Of a stretch of DNA of 64,000 nucleotides, positions 36,681 to 48,000 are shown piece by piece; position 1 is the first letter of the stretch, and each line of letters starts with the position of its first letter. Under the pieces are notes generated by a model that worked only from the letters and a program-made list of their open reading frames with translations, was not told where the DNA came from and did not search any database. Made by a program: the position numbers and the translations under genes. Source of the DNA: Octopus sinensis (lineage: Eukaryota); contig NC_042999.1 of the NCBI RefSeq assembly GCF_006345805.1, positions 139,500,001-139,564,000 on the forward strand, in the 5' to 3' direction.

Positions 36681-37463
36681 ACAACGGTTATAAGGGTAGA
36701 GAAGATACAGTTACAGAAGCCTCAAACTAATGAGCTAAATCAGAAAAGATCAGTTTTAAAGTCAGTACAAGGAAAGTTCTGACTGGACAAGATGCAGTTT
36801 GTTTGTGTTAAGTAATAGAACTGTGGATACCACATTTCTAAGGGGACAACTGCAAGAGAATTTCATAGTTAAGAACAAATCACTACATTTTTCTGGTGTT
36901 TGACAAGGTCCATGCTCTCTGGTCTGATGAACACTAAAGAAACAAGATGTAGATTAACTGTTTGCAAAAAAACCATGCCAGAGTGCTGTGTAAAGATTAG
37001 CTTGGTAGTAAATTCAGTGAATAATTTAGTGTACAGCTGCATCCACCAGCTGCTCTGGCAACAACTCATTGATTCATTATATTTCATAAGGAACTTTAAA
37101 TGCTGGCTTGATTCTTGTAGTGGAATCTGAAGAGTTTGGAGTTGGGGTGAAAGTAACGAAGAACACATAATCCCAGTTCAATGTAGAAAATGGCTTTGCT
37201 CAAAATGTAAAAAAGGAATAATGTATAGATTTGTATATAAGTCACACCCTCTTTGTGTTTATAATAATCACATGTTGATTTTCAGTCTTGTTCAAATAAT
37301 AATAAAAAAAAAAGACAGCTGAAATAATTCTAATTATTGCCAATGTAGTTGAGTAAAAGCTTGGAACCATAGATATCATAGCAAGCTCAAACAGATTGAC
37401 TGGCGCTTTTAAATCATCACTCCTGATTGACTGACAAGGTTTGCGTTTGTATGTGTGTGTGAA

Positions 37464-37660
37464 GGCACATGGCTCAGTGGTTAGAGTGTCAGGCTCACAA
37501 CCATGAGGTAGGGAATTTGATTCCTGGACTGGGTTGTGTGTTGTCTTCTTGGGCAAGACACTTTATTCCACATTGCTCCAGTTTACTCAGCTACAGAAAT
37601 GAGTTGCAGCATCACTGGTGTCAAGCTGTATCGGTCTTTGCCTTTCCCTTGAACAAGATC
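37464..37660 (+). mobile_element. Third tRNA-type SINE family (GGCACATGGCTCAGTGGTTAG head)
   Basis: A-box-like TGGCTCAGTGG; related copies at 47092-47400 (+), 26660-26955 (-) and 3345-3630 (-). Confidence 0.7.
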
Positions 37661-38048
37661 AGTGGCATTGAATATTGTTAGAAAGCAACATTGATGGCAT
37701 TGAATATTGTTAGAAAGCAAGAAAACCTTTATGTTCAAATTGGATACAAATCATAAAATAAACAATCGTTAACAATTAGCTTTTCAAATCTTTCTACATA
37801 CATAATCATAGGAAATTTCTATCTTTAAGGCACAACTTTTACACCACCTACCATTATCCATTTGCCTTTCAAGTCTGCACCCATGTAACCATCTCTAAAA
37901 CCACAGAGGTCTTAAAATGTAAAAATTACTTCTTGCTTTCTACTGTCCAGTATTACAATATAAAAAGTCTCCAAAGATAGTTAATTGTAGTCAAGCAATA
38001 TAAAAATAAAAACTTGGTGAATAAAATAATTTATTAAAATATATGGTA

Positions 38049-39017
38049 TCAAGTAAGTTCATCTGTTAAATCTATAGAGATATCATTAACTTGTGGTGAT
38101 AATGACACATTATTTCCTCTGGATGTAGAAGGACCAAAAGAACAGGCACTTTTTCTACTGATTACAGATTGACTGAAAGGTTTATAAAAATTTCTTCCAA
38201 TGAGACTGGGCTGAGAACACATTTTTTGAACAATACAAGATACAGGAGATAAATCATTGGCCAGAGAGCTTTCAGATGTATTGGATTTCATATTAGATTT
38301 TTGTACATTTGATGTTGCTCTACTATCTGTGGTGTCTGAAAATGGCACAGCAAATACTTTACTGGGTACAGCTGAAGAATCTGATGGCGATATATGGGAT
38401 ATCCGAGAGGTGCTTAAATTTCTTTTGGATAGATGTGATATATTATGATTTTGTTGACTATATATACTGTTTACAGGTTCCAGGGATTTAGTTTGTGCAC
38501 TGGGGACAACAACTAAACTAGTAGAAGAGTTTCTGTTTTTACCTACATCTAGTGAACTGACTTCAGACTTCCTTTCAATGGCAATGTTTGTATTTTCTTT
38601 ATGTTGTGTTAATTCAACTACAGAAATGTCATCTTTTATATTAATAATATCTTTAGTGTTAGTTGAAAGAGGTTTGGATGATGATGGCTGAATTGGTGTT
38701 ATAGTAATGTTTGATGATACAGATGCTTTAACTGGTATTTGGTGATATTGTGGATGATGTAATGTGGTTGCAAGTTGACTGTTACACAAATACTCAAATT
38801 CGCTCATATCTAATTGTTTTGCAATAATTTTTAACTGTTGTAAAATATCTGGATCAAGATCAAGAATCCCGTTGTATGCATATTCTGCAAAAGCAGTTAA
38901 AGCTTCTTTGCTAACTTCCTGTGGTAAGTTAATTTGGAGAAACTTGTGAGAAAGCATATCTGCACCAAACACTGACAGCAGTTTAGGACACACAGCAGCT
39001 AGGACAACTTTATGCAT
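38049..39017 (-). CDS. Gene B last coding exon: C-terminal half of BTB + tail
   Basis: tttttcag acceptor; MHKVVLAAVCPKLL...FAEYAYNGILDL...LDMSEFEYLC; ends ...DLTDELT*. Confidence 0.9.
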   Translation of the reverse strand: MHKVVLAAVCPKLLSVFGADMLSHKFLQINLPQEVSKEALTAFAEYAYNGILDLDPDILQQLKIIAKQLDMSEFEYLCNSQLATTLHHPQYHQIPVKASVSSNITITPIQPSSSKPLSTNTKDIINIKDDISVVELTQHKENTNIAIERKSEVSSLDVGKNRNSSTSLVVVPSAQTKSLEPVNSIYSQQNHNISHLSKRNLSTSRISHISPSDSSAVPSKVFAVPFSDTTDSRATSNVQKSNMKSNTSESSLANDLSPVSCIVQKMCSQPSLIGRNFYKPFSQSVISRKSACSFGPSTSRGNNVSLSPQVNDISIDLTDELT

Positions 39018-40124
39018 CTGAAAAATAAGCAAGAGAAAAAGAGAAACAGTAAAAAGAAAATTATAATATAATCTCAGTTTATGAGAAACTGCAACAATGA
39101 AAAGCATGAGGACTACATATACTATATTTTCAAGCATATAAGTTGAATCTTTCAGAGCAAAATTTGTAACTAAAAAAGGCACATCAACTAACACACCAAG
39201 ACAACACTGAAGAACCAAAATTTCCATGTGAAATGCAGCAAGTTTTAAAATGTTGAGCAATCATCAGCCATTTATAGAGGTTTTCCATCAATACATATAC
39301 TTATTTCCATCTCTATAAATGGCTGATGATTGCTCATCATTTTAAAGCTGATTTAATACTTACAATGTTTAATAAAATGATGTAGCGTGAAACGATCGTA
39401 CCAAATTACCGAAGATATTCTTGTTGCTTACTTTGATTATATATATAAATTATTAAAATTATAATTTAGGGTATCTACAAGATACTGCCATGCTGAAAAT
39501 AGCAGCCAGGAACTGACTCTAAGACCACTTTAAGAGAGAAGACAAAAAGACAAAATAAAACTAGAAAAAATTACTAGATAATTCCAGATCCCGGACCTCT
39601 GGCTTTGCATTTAGAAATGCTTTACCTCATCAGTGGAATATATGCAGAGAGAAACACAAATACATATATATATGTATATATATAAATACAACATACGAAT
39701 ACTTTGGCAACCGTGTCGGTGGCACGTAAAAGCACCATCCGTTCGCATCCGTTGCCAGCCTCGGCTGGCCCCCGTGCCGGTGACACGTAAAAGCACCGTC
39801 CGTTCGTGGCCGGTTGCCAGCTCTGTCTGCCCCGTTGTCGGTGGCACGTAAAAGCACCATCCGTTCGTGTCCGTTGCCAGCATCGCCTGGCCCCGAGCCG
39901 GTGACACGTAAAAGCACCATCGTTCGTGGCCGTTCACCAGCTGTCTGGCACCTGTGCAGGTGGCACGTAAAAAACACCCACTACACTCGCGGAGTGGTTG
40001 GCGTTAGGAAGGGATCCAGCCGTAGAAACACTGCCAGATCTGACTGGGCTAACGAAGCCTTCCAGCTTCACAGACCCCAGTTGACCCGTCCAACCCATGC
40101 TAGCATGGAAAACGGACGCTAAAC

Positions 40125-40168
<44 letters not shown>

Positions 40169-41967
40169 TATACATACATACATATGCACATATGCATCAA
40201 GACCAGTTTAAAATGCCCGCTTCTTAATTCCATGTGCAATCATCATCATCATCATCGTCGTTTAACGTCCGTTCTCCATGCTAGCATGGGTTGGACGGTT
40301 CGACCGGGGTTCTGGAAGCCGAAGGCTGCACAGGCTCCAGTCTAATTTGGCAATGTTTCTACAGCTGGATGCCCTTCCTAACGCCAACCACTCCGTGAGT
40401 GTAGTGGGTGCTTTTTACGTGCCACCTGCACAGTGCCAGGCGGGCTGGCAACGGCCACGGTCAGATTGGTGTATTTTATGTGCACCGGCACGGAAGCCAG
40501 TCGAGGCGTGTGCTGGCATCGGCCCACGAGTCGGATAGTGCTTTTTACGTACCACCAGACATGGATCCTGGCTGTTCAATTCGATTTCGATTTCGCTTGC
40601 CCCAACATGTCTTCACAGCAAAGGGGGTGGCAGGGTGCCTGTCGTACGGTCGCATTGGAGTTTTACGTGCCACGGCCACGAGTCGGATAGTGCTTTTTAC
40701 GTACCACCAGACCAGGGATCCTGGCTGGTTCAATCGATTTCGATTTCGCTTGCCCCAACATGTCTTCACAAGCAAAGGGGTTGGCATGGGTGCCTGTCGT
40801 ACGGTCGCATTGGAGTATTTTACGTGCCACGGCCCCGAGTCGGATAGTGCTTTTTACGTACCACAGGCCAGGGATCCTGGCTGGTTCAATTCGGTTTCGA
40901 TTTCGCTGCCCAACATGTCTTCGCAAGCATGGGGGTTGGGATGGGTGTCTGTCGTCGGATGAGGTTCTATATCGACTTCGCTTGCCTCAACCGGTCTTTG
41001 TGTCCAAGGAGGAAAGGCTTCATAAGTGGGCTGGGCTCACTTGTCCTGCCTGGTCTTCTCACGTACAGAATATTTCCAAGGTCTCGGTCTCTGGTCATTT
41101 CCTCAGTGAGGTCTAAAGTTCGAAGGTCGTGCTTCACCACCTCGTCCCAGGTTTTCCTGGGTCTACCTCTTCCACGGTTCCCTCAACTGCTAGGGATTGG
41201 CACTTTCTCACACACCTATCTTCATCCATTCTCGCCACATGACCATACCAGCGCAATCGTCTCTCTTGCACACCACAACTGATGCTTCTTAGGTACAACA
41301 TTTCTCTCAAGGTGCTAACGCTCTGTCGAGTATGTACACTGACATTACTCATCCATCGGAGCATACTGCTTCATTCCTCACGAGCTTACGCATGTCCTCA
41401 GCAGTCACAGCCCATGTTTCGCTGCCATGTAGCATGGCTGTTCGTACACACGCATCATAAAGTCTGCCTTTTACTTGAGCGAGAGGCCTTTAGTCACCAG
41501 CAGAGGTAAGAGCTCCCTAAACTTTGCCCAGGCTATTCTTATTCTAGCAGTTCACTTTAGCGCACCCACCCCACTACTGACTGGTCACCTAGATAACGGA
41601 AGCTATCACTACTTCTAGTTTTTCCCCCTGGAAAGTGACGGAAGTTGTTTTCTGCAGATTTTCGAGAGGTTAATGCTCCCGAGCATCTGCCACATACAAA
41701 AACTATCTTCCCAGTTAGCCTACCTTTGACATTGCTGGACCTCTTATGTGTCCATAGCTTACACTGGGTACATCTTATAGAGTTTCTACCTACACCAATG
41801 GTTAAAATATCACCACAGTAAATACAATGACAAAATAAATTTAAATTTATATAAATAAGGATAAGATCGTTAATTTAAATTAAAAAACAATCTTATCAAG
41901 TGGCCAGCATGGAAATAAAAATCTTCAAATGTAATAAGTATAAAAAAACCACATTATTTATGGGATG

Positions 41968-42009
<42 letters not shown>

Positions 42010-45000
42010 CTTTCAGTTTCCATCTTCCAAATCTACTCACAAGGCTTTGATTGGACCAAGGCTATAGCAGAAGACATTTAACCAAAGTGCCACAAATTTG
42101 GACTGAACCCAGAACCATGTATTTACAAAGCAAAGTTCTTAACATAGAGCCAAGCCTGCACATATGTTTGGAAATGAATTGTAGGGATGTATAACTTCAT
42201 GGTAATCTTAGTGCTAAGATTAGAGAATTTTGAAATAGAATTCCCATTTATTTCAAAGTCAACTAAGAGAAATTAACAAAATAATGTTCCTTACCTTAAA
42301 ACACAACACATAGGCGCTACAACATAGTTTGAATTTGTGGTCAGTAGTTCAGTAACATAAACTCATTATTTGGTAAAAGTTATTGTGCAATAAGTCTTCA
42401 ATTAAACTTACCATCACTGTAGATGTACCATTTCCAATACCAGCATCACATAATTTTCCACTCTTCCATAGCAATGCCAGACTGGACATTACATTTTTCT
42501 GATGATCAGCAAGAATAAATATTTTCTTTTCGTGAGGTTGTGGCATTTCAAAAGTCTTTGGTTGCATAACAGACGTCAGAACTGGAGGCATTGAGAAGTG
42601 AACCGACTGTGGTACAGTACCAACATCCTTAATCACACAAATAGGCTTCTCAGCAGCAATTTGAGAAGTAATTTCCTGACAATTTCCAGCCATTTTAGAA
42701 ACGTGGCTATCACCACTCATTTCCCTGAAATTTATTGAAATAAGAGCTATATAAATGATATTTCATAAAAAGACCTTGAAATGAGAGAAATACGTTTAGA
42801 GAAGCGTTTTCTTTGTGGACAATAAAGGAGTAAAAATTAGGATACTCTTTGAATTTCACTTTCATCATCATTTAATGTCTGCTTTCCATGATGGCATGGG
42901 TTGAACTTTTTGACTGGAGCTGATAAGGCCAGTGGGCATACCAGGCTCTTGTCTGTTCTGGCATAGTTTCTACAGCTGAATGCCCTTCCTAATGCCAAGT
43001 GTTCCACAGAGTGTACCAAGTACTTTTTATGAAGCAGCACCAGCACGAGTGCTTTTAACAAGGCTCTGAAAATAGCCCTTAAATATTTGAATAATTTCAA
43101 ACAAATTGATATATCAAATATTTTTATACATAGAATTCACAAAAATGGCTATACAAGGGTAGATTCATGTTGTTTAACCTCTAACCTACAAAATATTATT
43201 TTTATGACCATATTCAGATTATTATTTGTTGTATAACATTGAGTTGTTGTTTAACTCTAGGTCTACCCTAATTGAGAAGGCCTGTGATCAAAGATGTTCT
43301 ACTCGTGACTAACCATTCTTTTTTTTTTCTAAACACCATGTACTTAAAGCCATATTATCCAATGTATCCTTCCTTGTTTAGGACTGTGGTGTGATTTGAG
43401 AGAGATTTAGCAGAGAGTATTGATGTTCAATGGCCAAATGTTCCTTCTCAATAACAATGTAAGTGAGGAAGATGTTTTAAAATGTCCTAGAAACCAACAA
43501 TGGAACATCTGCAGTCATTCCACTTGTTCGAAATAACAGCCATATTGTCCTACAAAATAGCAAAATAAGTCCTTTTTCTAGACATATTACATGTTTGTTA
43601 CTCATGAGATTGTTCTGGTGAAGCTGCAAACCACTAAAATGCTACATGAAATAACTAAACCAATACTCTATACCTGGTGGTACATACTTTATCACATGTA
43701 ATTATAAATGCTAAAGCTAACTTAGTCAGAATCTAAGCCACAGAACTGATGGCTCTAAACTAGTCTAATTCAGGCAGCTTTAGTAGTTCAACTTAATTAC
43801 CTAATCAGAAAAAAACATACAAAAACAAAATTATAAACACAAACTGCAATAATACAATGACAGGTGATGCCATGCGTGAAGACTCAAGTACTATAAACTA
43901 CACAATGGCAAATAAATCATAAGCTAAATAGTTAATATGGAGTGAAATAACAATGCATTCTAGGCAAGAGGACACCCTGAGAAACCTGTGGATGCTAAAA
44001 ATAAATCTGTAGCGTTACCTGTCATGTATCTGAATATTGCTTGGTGCTATTGAAGGGAGATCATCTAGATTGATACATTTGACAGAAGAGATTGGTGGTG
44101 TCTTGTTAGGGAACTCTGATCTGTATTATAGATTATTTAAGCTTAACAATCTGGCTTGATCATCTCTAAATGATTGCCTGAAATTCATGTCAGAACTAAA
44201 ACCAACCAATTCTTCAAAACAAAATGGCAAACAATCAAAAATCTATCAATTCACCTGCCAACAGAGGTATTTCCTTGATAATATTGTTCTTTTTCTGGAT
44301 GTTTTTCAAATGTCCTGGCAGCAGTCAGTTTCTTTGGAATTTTGGTAGCTGGAATTGGACAGTGTGGCTCATCTGGAATGATAACTGGGTTAGAAGAGAC
44401 AGAAGGTGATTTTCTTTGATGTATTGATATATTCTTTTTTGCTTTATTCTGGTTCAATGATCTTGCCTGCAATCATAATTGGAGAATATTGTAAAATCAG
44501 CTTGATAATAATCATGTAAATATGCAGAATTAAATGTACCTTGAACATTTTCTTCTCTCAAATTATATAAAGCCTATATATATTCAATAAAATACAATAT
44601 TTCAGAAAATTATATACACACACGAGGGCCCAGGAGATGTGGCAATTTGCTGTACTTGATAAGACATGTCAAACTAAGTAAAATAGCTGTCTTCTACACA
44701 TACAGGCTTGTTCTTTCAAGTGTCAGTGCCACAGAAAAAGCACTCGTGCTGGTACTGCATAAACACAACCATGCCAGTGGCATATAAAAAGCACCCAGCA
44801 CATTCTTAAGTGGTTGGCATTAGGATGGGCATCCAGCCAGAGAAACCATGCCACAACAGACAATCAGAGCCTGAACACCTCCCAGCTAGCCAGCTCTGTG
44901 TCAAACCATCCAACCCATGCCAGCATGGAAAGCAAACATTAAACGATGTTGATGAAGATGATACACATACAGAGTGTATCAGATATTTGAGAACAAAATA

Positions 45001-48000
45001 TTTATTAGAATAAAAGCAGGTACACATAGCAAAAGGTTATTCATTAAAACCACCATCAGTCTCATTACAGCTTTAGAAACTAGATGTATTGATCAGATGA
45101 TCTTTATTCATGTTGGCCATAAAGTCCCTGACAGTAGACATCAACAAGTCTTTGGTGTTGTGAGCATGCTAGTTGGTTTCCTTCTCAAAAACACTCCAAA
45201 TGTAAGAGGCCAAATTTTAAGGATAACATTATCCACTCCTTCATGCAAGCTGTATGAGATGGAATAAAATCTTACTGGAACACATATAGCCTCCCCCAAG
45301 CAACTCTCTTGAATCCAGGCTTGACAACTATCTATACTGTCTCAATGTTGGTTGCTGCACTAACCCTAAAACCATGACGATAAAAAAATGTTGAGTTATG
45401 ACCCATGAACATCAGACTATGGAAATTTAGTGGGGATTTCAGTGAAGCTGGCACAGTGCCATCTGTCATGTCTCTTGTTCACTTTTTGATCTTAGACAAA
45501 AATCTCATCTAAGAAGAACCAAAGCATGTCAGGCTCCTCAGAATGCTTCAATTTGTTCAGCATTCGATCCTCCATCCCTCTTCTCATAACAGGATTTGTA
45601 TCTGATGTCTTCATGCACATATATCTAATTGTCAATTCTGAAACATGGTGATGACAGACAATGGCTCTCATTTGACTTGCCAGGTTTATCATTGATTATT
45701 CCTTGGATTTGCTGGACATTTTGACTTTCTTAACAATGTCTGACAGTCAATAACGTTTATTTTTGTTTTTTTCTTTTAGCTAAAGAAGGCACATTCCCAA
45801 CAGAGACTAAGAGCTTTTTCTGATCTTAAATATGAAGGACCTGGCAACATTTAAGAAGGTTGCAATCTTAAAACCACTGTAGCTGACAGCTAAGGTGATG
45901 AGAATGGCGTGCATTTTCATCATCTGTGTTAGCTTCCATAATGGGACAGGAAAAAGAGGATAGTTTGCTTAAGTTTGGGCCACTTATTGTTTTTAAAAGT
46001 TTGGTTCTCAAATAGCCAATACACCATGTGTGTGTGTGTGTGTGAGTGTGTGTGCGTGTGTGGATATACCTGCCACATACAACAGATTTCTCATAGTTTC
46101 CAAAGTGCAACACAGTAGAACTGAACATAAAATCATGTGGTGGGAAAAGCAGCTGAAGCTCAACAGTTTTTTCAAATTCTAAATGTATACTGTTATTCTA
46201 TGTACTAGATATTTAACTAGCAAATCCACCTCACCCACTTTCAAAGCTTTCATCTCTTAAATTTCCATATACCAAGAGAAACCTAACTGCAAACATACCC
46301 ACATAGTCACAGTACAAAGTAAGTTAATAACTGAAGGACATACCATCACTGCGTGCGAACTGTTGCCAGTACCAGAATTACATGATTTTCCATTCTTCCA
46401 TACTGAAACCTGATTGGACATTTTATGGACACCAAGAATAAATTCTTTGCAGGGGAGTTGAGGTTTTTCAACAGGTGCAGGCTGAGAAATTGGATTCTGA
46501 ACTGAAGATACTGAGAATTGAACTGTTTGAGCTATATTTTCTGCTTTCTCCATTTTAGGTTTAGAACCTGGGACTGAAGTTTGAGAAGGAAATTGTTGTG
46601 GCTTCTCAACATTATCTCTACCATCTGACTGCCTGAAATACATTGAAGTATAAAATTACAAAAGAACATAATTATTCAAATTGAAAAAAAAAATACAATG
46701 AAAAGCCATGACAAAAATAAGTTACCCATCATTGAAATCATTGTTTTTATGTTTCTTTATCAAATGATCTTCTATAGGTTTTGTTCGATCATCAGTAACA
46801 GGAGGCAACAGATGTGAGTCACTTGAAGTAGGCACTGTGACAGATATGGGTTGTTTTCTTTTTCTAGTAACTCTATATTTTGAATTATGTTGATTCAATG
46901 CTGCAATCTGCAACATGAATGGGAAAAAAATCAATAGAATAGCATTAAAGGAAAGATATGTAATTGCTTTTGTGTAGGCATAGGTCAATTTCATAAGGAA
47001 TTGATTGAGGCAACTAACTGGATTAGAACTCTGAAAATAAATAACAATGAATACATGAGACTATGAATGTGTGGTGGGGGAGGGGGGTGAAGGTACATGG
47101 CTTAGTGGTTAGGGCATTCAGCTCATGATCATAAGGTCAATTCCCAGCGACGCATTGTGTCCTTGAACAAGACATTTTATTTCACGTTGCTCCAGTCCAC
47201 TCAGCTGGCAAAAATGAGTAGTACCTGTATTTGAAAGGGCCAGCCTTGTCACACTCTGTGTCAAGCTGAATCTCCCTGAGAATTATGTTAAGGGTACACA
47301 TGTCTGTGGAGTGGTCAAGTCACTTGCACATTAATTTCACGAGCAAGCTGTTCCATTGATCGTATCAGCTAGGACCATCATCATTGCAAACAACAGAGTG
47401 CTCCTCTCTTTCTCTGTGCGTGCATACTATAATGGAGAAAGCTGCTTATTAATTAGGCATGTAACAATTACTAAAAGTACTAAAAGAAAGCAATATCAAA
47501 AGCTTAACCGTCTAGAAATATTTTTATAAATTCATGTTCTAAGAAATTGCCTATATGTGTGTATGTAGGTACAAAATAATATTGCATAATAGAAATTTAT
47601 ACAGAGTCAAAGAGTCATCAACTGAGCAGAGTACATCAAAACTGAAGTAGCATAGTGGGCAGAAACAACAGGACTTAAGATTATTGTTCCTTTGTGTTGG
47701 TCAAATATAGTGCCAGTGAGTGCCATAAGTTTGTGTGCCATTTTGAAATTCTTATTAACTGTCTTCTGCATATGCTGTGAATGAGATGTTAAATCCTAAT
47801 ATTTTTGTCTTTTGGGTGACTGATCTGTTTGGGTGTGATGACTGGTTGTAAATGATGTTTTCTAGTGTTGCTGGTAAAAAGGGAAATGGTGGATTTAATA
47901 AGTGCTACTCTAGGACCTTTGTTTTGGAGTCAGTTTTCTCAGTAGTTAATGTAGAGTTGAAAAAGATGTACAACAGTTTGAAAATTGGTGGGAAGATGCA

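Noticed and set aside
36869-37168. 99-aa minus-strand ORF downstream of gene B
   Set aside because: No recognisable motif or splice sites; probably UTR or intergenic.
39600-39640. Minus-strand CTGATGA
   Set aside because: No stem II closure or GAAA downstream.
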